Assembly (NCBI GenBank): GCA_963776425.1
Contig: CAVZMG010000002.1
Location: 1,122,732-1,186,731 of the forward strand
Length of the DNA: 64,000 nt
Source: an uncultured Actinomycetes bacterium
GTDB taxonomy: Bacteria > Actinomycetota > UBA4738 > HRBIN12
Direction: 5' to 3'
Positions 10,184-20,888 of the stretch are shown piece by piece. Numbering within the stretch: position 1 is the first letter of the stretch; each line of letters starts with the position of its first letter. A program made the position numbers and the translations under genes. The notes below the pieces were generated by a model, which searched no databases, was not told the origin of the DNA, and worked only from the letters and a program-made list of their open reading frames with translations.

Positions 10184-11559
10184 CCCATCGTGATCACCAG
10201 ATCGCCGGGACGGACCTCTCGGGTGAGGAAACCCACGACATCCCGCCGATGCGGGAGGTAGATGATGCGCGTCTCAACATCGGCCTCCGCAGCTCCGTCG
10301 ACCACGAGCTTCCCGGTCACGCCGGGGATCGGCTCCTGGTCTGCCCCGTAGACATCCGTCACGATCAGGAGATCTGCCTCGCGGAGGCTCTCGCCCAGCT
10401 CGCGCCAGAGCGCCTGGGTCCGCGTGTACCGATGCGGTTGGAAGACCGCGACGAGGCGCTCGGGTCCGGTCCGACGTGCGACGTCGAGCGTCACGGCGAG
10501 CTCCGTCGGCACATGGCCGTAGTCGTCGTAGAAAGCAGCTCCACGCGCGTCTCCGCGATGTTCGAACCGACGATGGACGCCGCCGAACCCGGCGAGCGTC
10601 TCGGCTGCCCGACCCGCTTCGACCCCCACGATCGCGGCGGTCGCGATCGCCCCGGTCGCGTTCAGCAGGTTGTGCGCTCCGTCCACCTTCAACCGGACGT
10701 CGACGCGCGCTCCCTCCGGGGTACGGACGACGCCCGACGATCCGCCGGGACCGACGTCACCGATCGACAAGAGCCAGTCCGCGTCAGCGCGGGTGCCGTA
10801 CCGCGTGGCGGAGACATCGGCCAAGGCGAGCGCTCGCGCGACGCCTTCATCGTCGCCACACGCGACCACGTCCGCACACCGGGCCGCGAAACTCCCGAAC
10901 GCCCGCTCGATCTCCTCACGGCCACCGGGGTAGAAGTCCACGTGATCGACCTCGACGTTCGTGATGATCCCGATGGACGGTGCTGTCAGCAGGAACGAGC
11001 CGTCGCTCTCGTCGGCCTCGAAGACGAATAGGTCCCCTCTGCCCGATCGCGCCCCGCTCCCGCTCTCGTTCAGGTCGCCTCCGATCAAGAAGCTCGGATC
11101 GAGACCCGCCTCCTCGAGGATCACGGCAACCATCGACGTCGTCGTGGTCTTGCCGTGTGTACCGGCCACCGCGATCGACCGTTGATCGCCGGCGAGCGCA
11201 GCGAGCGCCTGGGCACGCGCCCAAACCGGGATCGAACGGGCACGCGTCTCCACGAGCTCCACGTTCCGTTCGCCGATGGCGCTCGAGACGATCACGACAT
11301 CCGGTGCGCCGAGCCGTGCGGGATCGTGGCCGACCGTGGCGTCGGCCCCGAGTTCGCGGAGCTCACCGAGTCCCTTCGAGTCCTTGAGATCCGAACCACT
11401 CACCGAGATCCCGCGCGCGAGGAAGAGCTTGGCGAGGTTGCGCATCCCTGCTCCGCCGATCCCGATCAGATGCACGCGCTGCACACCGTCGAGCGTCGGG
11501 ACGGGAAGCGTCGGGATGCTCCCCGGCGGCGGCACGTACAGGGCTCCCTGTTGCGTCAC
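10120..11559 (-). CDS. murC: UDP-N-acetylmuramate--L-alanine ligase
   Basis: HLIGIGGAGM, GTHGKTTTTSM Mur-ligase motifs; length 479 aa. Confidence 0.9.
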   Translation of the reverse strand: MTQQGALYVPPPGSIPTLPVPTLDGVQRVHLIGIGGAGMRNLAKLFLARGISVSGSDLKDSKGLGELRELGADATVGHDPARLGAPDVVIVSSAIGERNVELVETRARSIPVWARAQALAALAGDQRSIAVAGTHGKTTTTSMVAVILEEAGLDPSFLIGGDLNESGSGARSGRGDLFVFEADESDGSFLLTAPSIGIITNVEVDHVDFYPGGREEIERAFGSFAARCADVVACGDDEGVARALALADVSATRYGTRADADWLLSIGDVGPGGSSGVVRTPEGARVDVRLKVDGAHNLLNATGAIATAAIVGVEAGRAAETLAGFGGVHRRFEHRGDARGAAFYDDYGHVPTELAVTLDVARRTGPERLVAVFQPHRYTRTQALWRELGESLREADLLIVTDVYGADQEPIPGVTGKLVVDGAAEADVETRIIYLPHRRDVVGFLTREVRPGDLVITMGCGDVWMLGDAALERIREEAS

Positions 11560-12662
11560 CGCTCAGCCACCTCCACCACGAGTCGCGCGAAGCGATCCGC
11601 AGCATCCGGCTTCCCCCAACCGTGCGCGGCGGATCCCATGTCAGCGCGATGGCCGGGATCGTCGAGCAAGGTCGAGACCCGCTCAGCGAAGACCGCCGCC
11701 GTGAGGTCGTGGTCGAGGACGAGCTCCGCGGCGCCGACCCGAACCAGCTCACGGGCGTTCGCCTCCTGGTGGCTCTCGGTGGCGTGTGGGTACGGCACGA
11801 GGATCGCGGGCAACCCGCAGATCGTGAGCTCCGCGATGGTCGTCGCCCCCGACCGCGCGACGACGAGGTCGGCGATCGCGTACGCCAGCTCCATCCGATC
11901 CAAGAACGGGAGTGCGCGCAGCCGTGGGCCGGCACCATCGTTCGTCGTCGGAACGAGGTGCGCATCCTGCTTGGGACCGGTGAGCACGAGCAATTGGAGG
12001 TCGTCGCGTCCCGCGAGGAGAGGCAGGGCGCCCGCCACGACCTCGTTCAGGTGCTGCGCACCTTGGCTTCCGCCGGTCACCAGCACCGTACGTCGTTGGC
12101 GTTCCAGGTCGAGCACCTGGACGGCCTCCGTCACCAGCTCGGCCCGCCGCGAAGCCACGAGCGCGATCTCATCGCGGACCGGGTACCCGATCACCTCGAT
12201 CCTCGGATCGCCGGGCAATCGTCCGCGCGCATCCTCGAAGGCAACCGCCACGGCGTCCGCCGACCGGGCGAGGAGCCGGGTGGCGAGGCCCGGGACCGCG
12301 TTGGGTTCGTGCAGCACCGATCGGATATGCGCGCGACGGGCCGCCAGCATCGGCGGCACGCTGACGTACCCGCCGAGACCGACCGCGACGTCGGCACCCT
12401 TCACGAGCGGAGCGCAGCGCATCGACGAGCGGAGCGCGACGATCGGCGCCTTCACGGCGCGCCACGAGAGCTCGCGATAGAACGGCAGGGCATCCACCGC
12501 ATGGAACGCATACCCGGCCTCGGGAACGCGGGTCGCCTCCTGGCCGGTCCGTGATCCGACGAACCGCACGTCGGCGCCGTGGTCGCGGGTGAGCCGCTCG
12601 GCCAACGCGAGCGCCGGGATCACGTGTCCGCCGGTACCTCCCGCCGCGATCAGCACCTTCAC
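11556..12662 (-). CDS. murG: undecaprenyldiphospho-muramoylpentapeptide beta-N-acetylglucosaminyltransferase
   Basis: VKVLIAAGGTGGHVIPALALA N-terminus, GT28 C-terminal domain; GTG start at 12662 overlaps ftsW stop (GTGA). Confidence 0.9.
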   Translation of the reverse strand: MKVLIAAGGTGGHVIPALALAERLTRDHGADVRFVGSRTGQEATRVPEAGYAFHAVDALPFYRELSWRAVKAPIVALRSSMRCAPLVKGADVAVGLGGYVSVPPMLAARRAHIRSVLHEPNAVPGLATRLLARSADAVAVAFEDARGRLPGDPRIEVIGYPVRDEIALVASRRAELVTEAVQVLDLERQRRTVLVTGGSQGAQHLNEVVAGALPLLAGRDDLQLLVLTGPKQDAHLVPTTNDGAGPRLRALPFLDRMELAYAIADLVVARSGATTIAELTICGLPAILVPYPHATESHQEANARELVRVGAAELVLDHDLTAAVFAERVSTLLDDPGHRADMGSAAHGWGKPDAADRFARLVVEVAER

Positions 12663-13912
12663 GCGGCCCCGCTCCTGGTGGCCGCGTCTCGCCGTGGCGT
12701 ACGTCGGCTGCCACGCGCGACCGAGATCAGCACACCGACCGCCGCGAGCGTGACGATCAACGCAGATCCACCGAACGAGACGAACGGCAGCGGCACCCCG
12801 GTGATCGGCAGCAAGCCCGTGACGGCTCCGAGGTTGACGATCGCCTGCAACCCGATCCACGACGTGATCCCCGCCGCCAGGAGCCGCCCGAACGTGTCGG
12901 GGGCGCGAACGGCGATCCGGATCCCCGCGTAGATCATGACGCCGAACAAGACGAGGACGACCATCTCGCCCAAGAGGCCGAGCTCCTCGCCCAACACAGC
13001 GAAGATGAAGTCCGTGTGAGCGTTCGGCAGGTATTGCCACTTCTGTCGGCTCGCGCCCAAGCCGACGCCGAACCATCCACCCGACCCGAGCGCGATCAAC
13101 CCCTGGATCAACTGGTACCCCGTGAACCGCGGGTCCTTCCAGGGATCCCAGAACGCCAGGAACCGCGCCCGCCGGTACGCGGTGCCGGCGATCAGGTAGA
13201 CCGACGCGGTGAGCGCGGCGAGGCCCGTCACCAGCAGGTAGCGCATCCGCACGCCGGCCACGAAGAGCATCAGCATGACGCTCCCGACGATCACGATCGT
13301 GGTCCCCAGGTCCCGCTGGAGCAACACGATGCCGGCAATGACCACCACGATCGGTCCGAGCGGGAGCGCGACGTGGAGCCAGTCGTCGAGGCGCGGCCCC
13401 TTCGTCGACAGGATCGACGCTGCGAGCGTGATCACGGCGAGCTTCGCGAACTCCGACGGCTGCAGCGTGAACGGGCCGAGCGCGATCCACCGGGACGCGC
13501 CGTACGCAGACGTTCCCGCGGACGGATGGAGCGCGAGCAGCAAGAGCGCCACCGAGACGGCGACGAATGGACCGGCGAGCCGACGCCATGCCGTGTACCG
13601 CATGCGGGCGGTGAAGATCATCGCGACCACGCCGACGAGGGCGTACAGCGCCTGGCGCTCGAAGAACCAGAAGCTGTTGTCGTAGGTCGTGAATGCATAG
13701 ACGGAGCTGGCGGAGAAGACCTCGACCACCCCGATCAGCGTGAGCACGATCGCGGGAACGAGCAGGAGGATCACGTTGGTCCGCGCGACCGCAGCCGGCC
13801 CTTTGGCCACCCGGCGGTGCGGAGGACGCACGACGTGAAGCCTGCGGGGACGAGCATCTGGCGCGGTAGCCGTCGCCGGGGCTCGCCGCCGAGTGGGGGC
13901 CCGGTCAGCCAC
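12659..13912 (-). CDS. ftsW: peptidoglycan glycosyltransferase FtsW (SEDS family)
   Basis: 10-TM SEDS protein with conserved QPSEFAKL and NAHTDFIFAVLGEE motifs. Confidence 0.9.
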   Translation of the reverse strand: MADRAPTRRRAPATATAPDARPRRLHVVRPPHRRVAKGPAAVARTNVILLLVPAIVLTLIGVVEVFSASSVYAFTTYDNSFWFFERQALYALVGVVAMIFTARMRYTAWRRLAGPFVAVSVALLLLALHPSAGTSAYGASRWIALGPFTLQPSEFAKLAVITLAASILSTKGPRLDDWLHVALPLGPIVVVIAGIVLLQRDLGTTIVIVGSVMLMLFVAGVRMRYLLVTGLAALTASVYLIAGTAYRRARFLAFWDPWKDPRFTGYQLIQGLIALGSGGWFGVGLGASRQKWQYLPNAHTDFIFAVLGEELGLLGEMVVLVLFGVMIYAGIRIAVRAPDTFGRLLAAGITSWIGLQAIVNLGAVTGLLPITGVPLPFVSFGGSALIVTLAAVGVLISVARGSRRTPRRDAATRSGAA

Positions 13913-15254
13913 GGGCGCCCACCTCCTCCATCAGCGCGCGTGCCGCCGCCGCGAACCGATCGCCGCGCTCCGCGTAATCCTCGAACATGTCCCAACTCGC
14001 GCACGCCGGAGCGAGCAGGACGACGCCCGGCCGAGCGGCGAGTTCCAGTGCCACACCGGTCGCCTCCTCGATCGAGGGGGCGACGCGGACCGGAACCGAT
14101 CCCTCGAAGGCCGCGACGATCGCAGACGCGGACTCCCCGATCGTGACCACGGCGCGCAGCCGATCCGCGCGGGAGACCAACGGCGACAGATCGACGCCCT
14201 TCGAGCGTCCGCCCGCGATCAGGACCGCGTCGCGCACACCATCGATCGCCGCGAGCGCCGCATGGACGTTCGTCGCTTTCGAGTTGTCGATGAATCGGAC
14301 GCCGTCGACGAGCGCGACCACCTCACCGCGATGATGTTCCGGGGTGAAGCTCGCGAGGCCGCGTCGGACCGCTTCGGCGCTTGCCCCGAACGCCATCGCG
14401 GCCGCGGCCGCAGCCGCAGCGTCGGCGCGGAAGCCCGCCCGCTCACCGTCCACTGACCCGAGGCTCGACTCACCGTCGAGGCGCGCTACCAACCCCTCGT
14501 CGCGGTAGCCGACCTCGCCGACATCCGGCTCCCCGAGCCTGAACCAGATCGCCGGCGCGGGAGCGCGGGCCGACGTCGCCTGTGCCAAAGGATCATCGCG
14601 GTTGCCGACGTGGACATCCTCGGACGTCTGCATGCGGAAGATGTTCGTCTTCGCGTCGACGTACCCATCCAGGGTTCCGTGCCAGTCGAGATGGTCCGGC
14701 GACAGGTTCAGGAGCACCGAGATCTTCGGGTGGAACGACTCCACGAACCGCAGCTGGAAGGACGATGCTTCGACCACGAGCGCCTCGTGTCCTTCGCGCG
14801 CGGCGACCGCGAATGGATGACCGATGTTGCCGCATGCCACGGCATCGATCCCACCCGCGCGCAGGCAAGACGCGATCATGCCCGTCGTCGTCGTCTTGCC
14901 GTTCGTGCCGGTGATCGCCACGAACGGGACACGGCACAGGCGTGCACCGAGCTCGAGCTCGCCCCAGATCGGGATCCCGAGCGCCTGCGCGTGCGCCAGG
15001 ATCGGGGCGTCTTGGGGAACCCCTGGGCTCGTGATGACGAGCGTGGCTCCCTCCAGGTGACCGGCCTCGTGTCCTCCGGTGGCAACCGGCACGCCGAGCG
15101 CCCGGAGCTCGGAGAGGCGTTCGATGCGCTCTGCCGGTCGCGTCTCCGTGACGCGGACGTCCGCGCCCTCCTCTACGAGCACGCGAGCGGCGGCGACACC
15201 GGCGACGCCGGCACCAACCACGACCACGCGCTCGTCGGCGAAGTCGCCGGTCAT
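13905..15254 (-). CDS. murD: UDP-N-acetylmuramoylalanine--D-glutamate ligase
   Basis: VVVVGAGVAGVAAARVL Rossmann N-terminus, ITGTNGKTTTT motif; ATG overlaps mraY stop (ATGA). Confidence 0.9.
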   Translation of the reverse strand: MTGDFADERVVVVGAGVAGVAAARVLVEEGADVRVTETRPAERIERLSELRALGVPVATGGHEAGHLEGATLVITSPGVPQDAPILAHAQALGIPIWGELELGARLCRVPFVAITGTNGKTTTTGMIASCLRAGGIDAVACGNIGHPFAVAAREGHEALVVEASSFQLRFVESFHPKISVLLNLSPDHLDWHGTLDGYVDAKTNIFRMQTSEDVHVGNRDDPLAQATSARAPAPAIWFRLGEPDVGEVGYRDEGLVARLDGESSLGSVDGERAGFRADAAAAAAAAMAFGASAEAVRRGLASFTPEHHRGEVVALVDGVRFIDNSKATNVHAALAAIDGVRDAVLIAGGRSKGVDLSPLVSRADRLRAVVTIGESASAIVAAFEGSVPVRVAPSIEEATGVALELAARPGVVLLAPACASWDMFEDYAERGDRFAAAARALMEEVGARG

Positions 15255-16309
15255 CCGAGACCGCCGCGGCCGATGAAGTCGACGTAGTAGAGCCCTAGTC
15301 CGACGGCGACGAAGAGCCCGGAGATGATCCAGAATCGGACGATCACGGTGAACTCCGGCCACCCGGCGAGCTCGAAGTGGTGGTGGATCGGCGACATCCG
15401 GAAGATCCGCCGGCCGAATCCTCGGAACGCGATCACCTGCAGGATCACCGACATCGTCTCGATCACGAAGAGTCCACCGAGGATGATCAGCAAGAGCTGC
15501 GTGTTCGTCGTGATCGCGAGCGCGCCCAGCAGTCCTCCGAGCGCGAGCGAACCCGTATCGCCCATGAAGATGCGGGCCGGCGCCGCGTTCCACCAGAGGA
15601 ACCCGGTCGCCGCCCCCATCATGGCGGCCGCGATGATCGCGGTGTCGAGCATCGCGTCGATGTCCACCGGGTAGCACGCCGCCGGCGGTCCACCGACGCA
15701 CGTGTGCCGGTACTGCCAGAACGCGATGAACACGTACGCCGAGAACGCGAGGATCGATGAGCCCGATGCGAGGCCGTCGAGTCCATCGGTCAGGTTCATC
15801 GCGTTCGACGAGGAGGTCAGGATCACGAAGGCCCACACCATGAAGAACGCACCCAGCTGCAGGCCGGTCGGACGGATGAACGAGAGGTCGGTCGACGTAC
15901 CGGTGTCGCTCGAGAAATGCATCACGATGACCGCGAAGATGACCGAGACGATCGCGGTGCCTAGGAACTTCTGTGCCTTCGAGAGACCGAGCGAGCGGCG
16001 GCGGCGCACCTTGAGGAAGTCGTCCCAGAAGCCGACGGCGCCGAACCCGACCGCCGCCAGCAGGAGCGCCAGACCCGCAGGGGTGACCCGCTGGAACGTC
16101 AACCGCGAGGCGAGGTACCCGGCCACGAGGCCGATCAGGATCACGATCCCGCCCATGGTGGGCGTTCCCATCTTCTCCAGATGGGTGTGCGGGCCATCCT
16201 CACGGATGCGCTGACCCCACCCCCACGCCCGGAACGCGCGGATCGCGATCGGCGTGCCGAGCAACGTGACGCCGAGCGCGAACGCGGCGGCGAGCAGGAT
16301 GGACTTCAC
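15251..16309 (-). CDS. mraY: phospho-N-acetylmuramoyl-pentapeptide transferase
   Basis: EDGPHTHLEKMGTPTMGG and downstream MraY motifs; GTG start overlapping a TGA that ends murF in the +1 frame. Confidence 0.9.
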   Translation of the reverse strand: MKSILLAAAFALGVTLLGTPIAIRAFRAWGWGQRIREDGPHTHLEKMGTPTMGGIVILIGLVAGYLASRLTFQRVTPAGLALLLAAVGFGAVGFWDDFLKVRRRRSLGLSKAQKFLGTAIVSVIFAVIVMHFSSDTGTSTDLSFIRPTGLQLGAFFMVWAFVILTSSSNAMNLTDGLDGLASGSSILAFSAYVFIAFWQYRHTCVGGPPAACYPVDIDAMLDTAIIAAAMMGAATGFLWWNAAPARIFMGDTGSLALGGLLGALAITTNTQLLLIILGGLFVIETMSVILQVIAFRGFGRRIFRMSPIHHHFELAGWPEFTVIVRFWIISGLFVAVGLGLYYVDFIGRGGLG

Positions 16310-17668
16310 CGCAACGCCTCCGCCAGTCGCTCGAGACCAGCGACGCGTCGATCCCTTGAACAGCACCAGGTCTCCGGGGCGCGCGCTCCTGCGGACGTCA
16401 CCCAATGCGTCCTCGGGGTCGTCGTAGCAGGCCACGTTCTCCGGCTCGACGCCTTCGCGGACCCCGGCCATGGCGATGGGGCGGGCAGTCTCCCCCACGG
16501 CGATCAGCCGGTCGACGCGGATCCGAGCCGCCAGTTCACCGATCCGCTCGTGTTCGCGAGCGGTGATGGCGCCGAGTTCCGCCATGGTGCCGAGGACGGC
16601 GATCAGATGCCCGTCACCCGCCATCCAACGCGCTGTCTTGAGCGCCGCCGCGGTCGACTCCGGGTTCGCGTTGTACGCGTCGTTCACCACGCGAACACCA
16701 TCGGGCGTGGTGAACGTCTCCATCCGCCAGCGGGAAACCGACGCCTGAGCCAATCCCGCGGCGCACGCGGCGAGCGGCACGCCCACCGTTATCCCGGTGG
16801 CCAAGGCCGCCAACGCATTGGAAACCATATGTTCGCCAGGCACCGCGAGCGACACCGGCACGCGATCGGAGGCACGGACCGCGTCGAATGATGCGCACCC
16901 GTCGGCTCCGAGCGTCACCGACTCCGCCCGCACGTCGGCGCCGTGCGACGACCCGAACGTCACGATGCGGCCTCGACATCGTCCCGCGTAGCCGGCGACG
17001 ACCGGATCGTCGGCGTTCAAGATCGCGACGCCGTCCGGGTCGAGCGCCTCGACGGGTTCGGCCGATGCCTCGACGATGCGCTCCCACGACCCGAAGATCT
17101 CCAGGTGGGCGACCCCGACGTTGGTCACGATCGTCACGTCAGGGCGTGCGATCCCGCAGAGGATGGCAACGTCGCCGACGTGGCGCGCACCCATCTCGGC
17201 CACGACGACCTCGGTGTCCGGCGGGGCCGTGAGGATCGTCATGGGCAGACCGACCTCGTTGTTGAACGACTCGCGGCTCGCGTGCGTGCGGAACGAGGAC
17301 GCCAGCACGGCGGCGGTGAGGTCCTTCGTCGACGTCTTCCCGTTCGCGCCGGTGACCGCGACCACGCGGCCGGGCATCCCTGCACGCTCGTCGCGCGCGA
17401 GCATCATCAACGCCTCACCGGTGGAACGGACGGACACCGCCGGGCCGTCGACATCGAGCCCGTCGCGGATAAGGACCCCCGCGGCCCCGCGCTCGAACGC
17501 CTCGGGCACGAACCGGCCGCCGTCCGTTCGCTCGCCCGGGAGCGCGACGAACAGCGCTCCGGGGCCGGCGTCACGTGAGTCGGTCACCACAGACGTCACC
17601 TCGACGTCCTGCCCTAGGAAGAGCCCGCCGACGGCGCGGGCCACGTCGGACATGCGCCGTGGCCTCAT
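16306..17668 (-). CDS. murF: UDP-MurNAc-tripeptide--D-alanyl-D-alanine ligase with apparent frameshift about 16345
   Basis: Full MurF body in frame with mraY and no intervening stop. The conserved MurF C-terminus (...DRRVAGLERLAEALR*) is in the +1 frame about 15 codons before the mraY start. Confidence 0.8.
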
Positions 17669-19179
17669 GTCCGCCTCCCCAGGGCCTCGAGCTCCTCGCG
17701 CGCCACGACACGATCGTCGAACGGGATCGTCCGATCTCGGAACTCTTGGACCGGCTCGTGTCCCTTCCCGGCGATCACGACCACGTCACCCGATCGGGCA
17801 CCCTCGACCGCGAGCCGGATCGCTTTGCGCCGGTCCGGCTCCACGACGTGCTCGCCACCACCCTCCCGGGCGCCGGATCCGATCTCTTCGATGATCGCGA
17901 GCGGGTCTTCCGACCGAGGGTTGTCCGTGGTGATGATCGTGAGGTCGGCGTTGGCCGTGGCCGCGGCTCCCATGGCGGGACGCTTCGAACGGTCGCGATC
18001 CCCCCCACAGCCGAACACGAGGATGAGGCGACCGGACGCCAGCGGGCGGGCCGCGCGCAGCACGCTCCGGATGCTATCCGGCGTGTGGGCGTAGTCCACC
18101 ACCACCAGGGATCCTTGTCCGGCTTCGATCGGCTCCATCCGCCCGGGGACAGCCCGCAACCCGCCGATCCCTGTGCGGATCGGATCGTCGGAGATGTCCA
18201 GCACGCGAGCGGCGGCCACAGCCGCCAGGACGTTCGACGCGTTGAACCGGCCCCGGAGCGGCGACCGGATCCGAAGGCCGTCCAGGGTGAGCGAGAGGCC
18301 GTTCGCGTCCACACGCACGTCCGTGGCTCGTACGTCCGCATCGCGATCGAGCGCGAACGTCGTGAGCGGGATCGTGGTGTCCAGGAGCTTCTCGGCCCAC
18401 GGATCGTCGAGGTTCACGACGGCGTGTCGGGCGTGAGTCGCCGAGAAGAGTCGCGCCTTGGCTTCGAAGTAGGACTCCATCGTCGCGTGGTAGTCCAGAT
18501 GATCCTGCGACAGGTTCGTGAACACCGCGACGTCGAGCGTCATCCCGTCGGTGCGGTGTTGCGTGAGCGCATGTGACGAGATCTCCAACGCCACGGCCTC
18601 CACACCCCGATCACGCATCGTGGCGAGATGTCGTTGGAGATCTGGCGCCTCCGGCGTCGTTCGCGCGAGCGGCAGCGGGTCGTCGCCGATCCGGATCCCG
18701 GTTGTCCCCACCACGCCCGTGGACATCCCCGCCGCGCGGGCGATCGCCTCCACGAGGTAGGTCACGGTCGTCTTGCCGTTCGTGCCGGTGACGCCGACGG
18801 TCTTGAAGGACCGAGCCGGCTCGCCGAACGCTTCGGCGGCGATCGGGCCCATCGCCTCCCGGACCGACGGGACACGGACCTGAGGCACCGCGAGATCGAG
18901 CCATCGGTCCACGACGAGCGCGAGCGCTCCCGCGTCGATCGCGTCGGGCGCGAACCGATGCCCATCGACGCGGTCGCCCGGTACGCAGAAGAACAACGCG
19001 CCGGCGGCCACCTCACGGGAGTCGAACGCGACGTCGTCGATCAGGACGTCACCGCCGGCCGGACGGATCTCGGCGCCCGGGACGACCGACGCCAACCGTT
19101 CGAGGGGAACCGGGGGGAAGGCGGGTGTCACCGCTCCCGAGCTTACCCGCGCCCCTGATCGCGGGTGCCCTGCCGTCAT
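17665..19179 (-). CDS. murE: UDP-N-acetylmuramoyl-L-alanyl-D-glutamate--2,6-diaminopimelate ligase
   Basis: Mur ligase motifs (VGVTGTNGKTTVTYL, DNPRSEDP). Confidence 0.9.
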   Translation of the reverse strand: MTAGHPRSGARVSSGAVTPAFPPVPLERLASVVPGAEIRPAGGDVLIDDVAFDSREVAAGALFFCVPGDRVDGHRFAPDAIDAGALALVVDRWLDLAVPQVRVPSVREAMGPIAAEAFGEPARSFKTVGVTGTNGKTTVTYLVEAIARAAGMSTGVVGTTGIRIGDDPLPLARTTPEAPDLQRHLATMRDRGVEAVALEISSHALTQHRTDGMTLDVAVFTNLSQDHLDYHATMESYFEAKARLFSATHARHAVVNLDDPWAEKLLDTTIPLTTFALDRDADVRATDVRVDANGLSLTLDGLRIRSPLRGRFNASNVLAAVAAARVLDISDDPIRTGIGGLRAVPGRMEPIEAGQGSLVVVDYAHTPDSIRSVLRAARPLASGRLILVFGCGGDRDRSKRPAMGAAATANADLTIITTDNPRSEDPLAIIEEIGSGAREGGGEHVVEPDRRKAIRLAVEGARSGDVVVIAGKGHEPVQEFRDRTIPFDDRVVAREELEALGRRT

Positions 19180-20888
19180 GGCAGCCCGAGGGCGTGGGGT
19201 GGCAGCGGAACCGGGGGGGCGGTGGGGATCCCCAGCCGCTGGATGGCATAGCGCGCGATCTGCTGGAACAGTGGGGCCGCGGCCACACCGCCATACACGG
19301 TTGCCGGTTCGTCCATGATCGCGGCGACGACGACCCGCGGACGTCCGGCCGGCAAGAACCCGATGAACGATGCGACGTACCGGTCAGCGTAGTAGCCGCC
19401 AGCGGGGTCCGGCTTCAGGGCCGTCCCGGTCTTGCCGGCCACCTGGTAGCCGGAGATCTGCGCGCTCGTGCCCGTCCCGTCGGCGACCACGTACGCGAGC
19501 ATCTGGGTCAGGATCGACGCCGTCTGGGGGGCGATCACTCGGCTCGTGGGTGACTGGGCTGCGGGCGTGAACGTCCCCGCATCATCGACGGTCCCGCTCA
19601 CCAGCCGGGGCTGCACCCACACGCCCCCGTTCGCGATCGTCGCGTAGACCGATGCCATCTGGATCGGCGTGACGCTGATCCCCTGTCCGTACGCGATCGT
19701 CGCGAGGCTCGCATCGCTCCAGTCCGACAGGGCCGGGACGATGCCGTCCGATTCACCGGGGAACCCCAGTCCGCTCGTCCGGCCGAATCCGAAACGGTTG
19801 ATGTACGAGGCGAGCGTCGTCTTCCCGATGACGCCGGCTACCTTCGCGATCCCGATGTTGCTCGACTCCGCGATGATGTCGCCGAGCGTCATCGTCTCAA
19901 CCGGGTGCGGGTGCGAGTCGTGGATCGTGTACTGGTCGACCTGCATCGACTCTGGAACCTGGAACCGCTGGGTGGTCGACACGTCGCCCGACTCGATCGC
20001 CGCGGCCGCCGTGATGATCTTGTTGACCGAGCCGGGTTCGAACGCGTCGGTGACGGCCCGGTTGCGCCACCGGTCGGGGTTCGTCTGGGCGAATCGGTTC
20101 GGGTCGAAGTAGGGGAAGCTCGCCATGGCGTAGATGTCCCCCGTCGACGGATCCATCACGATCACGGTGCCTGCCTTTGCCCCGTTGTCAGCGATCGCCT
20201 TCGCGAGCGCCTCCTGGGCCTGGAACTGGATCTCGCGGTCGATCGTCGTTCGCAGGTTCACACCGTCGACCGGATCCCTCGTGGCGTTGAGCCCCTGCGC
20301 GATCGGCTGGCCGTCCGGCGAGACCTCGACGGTCCGCTCCCCTGGCGTCCCTGCGAGCTCCGGGTCGTACTGCTCCTCGAGCCCGGCGAGGCCCGACCCG
20401 TCGACCCCGACGAACCCAAGCACCTGCGGCGCAAGCGATCCGGCCGGGTAGTACCGCTTCGAGACTGGGAGGAACCCGATCCCCGGGAGGTTGAGCGCCT
20501 CGATCCGTTGCGCGACATCGAGATCCACCTGCCGGGCCACGTACGCGAACGTCCCCACCCCCTCGAGTGCGGGTCGCACGAGCTTGGGCTTCTCGCCGAG
20601 GTCAGTCGCGATCTGTGCCGCCTCACCTTCGGGGTCGGTGACGAGCGACGGATCGGCGTAGATATCGCGAGCGTCGAGCGTGATCGCCAGGGGCACCCCA
20701 TGTCGATCGAGGATGTCGCCGCGTGACGCGGGCAGCACCGTCCGTCGCACCCGCTGGTCGAACCCGATCGCCGCCAGGTTGCTCCGGTCGCTCACCTGCA
20801 GGGTCGCCAGGCGCACCGCGATGGCTCCGAACGCCACCAACAACAGCGCGAGGAGCGCGATCAACCGCCGGCCAGTCCGACGCCTCAC
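19176..20888 (-). CDS. ftsI: penicillin-binding protein, transpeptidase (FtsI/PBP3-like)
   Basis: N-terminal TM helix, dimerisation domain, transpeptidase motifs STxK (ASFPYF.. SVNK), SxN, KTGT; GTG start overlaps ftsL stop. Confidence 0.85.
   Translation of the reverse strand: MRRRTGRRLIALLALLLVAFGAIAVRLATLQVSDRSNLAAIGFDQRVRRTVLPASRGDILDRHGVPLAITLDARDIYADPSLVTDPEGEAAQIATDLGEKPKLVRPALEGVGTFAYVARQVDLDVAQRIEALNLPGIGFLPVSKRYYPAGSLAPQVLGFVGVDGSGLAGLEEQYDPELAGTPGERTVEVSPDGQPIAQGLNATRDPVDGVNLRTTIDREIQFQAQEALAKAIADNGAKAGTVIVMDPSTGDIYAMASFPYFDPNRFAQTNPDRWRNRAVTDAFEPGSVNKIITAAAAIESGDVSTTQRFQVPESMQVDQYTIHDSHPHPVETMTLGDIIAESSNIGIAKVAGVIGKTTLASYINRFGFGRTSGLGFPGESDGIVPALSDWSDASLATIAYGQGISVTPIQMASVYATIANGGVWVQPRLVSGTVDDAGTFTPAAQSPTSRVIAPQTASILTQMLAYVVADGTGTSAQISGYQVAGKTGTALKPDPAGGYYADRYVASFIGFLPAGRPRVVVAAIMDEPATVYGGVAAAPLFQQIARYAIQRLGIPTAPPVPLPPHALGLP

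Noticed and set aside
15251-17668. Genuine bifunctional MurF-MraY fusion protein
   Set aside because: A canonical MurF C-terminus with stop exists in the +1 frame, overlapping the mraY GTG in the GTGA pattern seen at other junctions. A 1-nt indel is more parsimonious.
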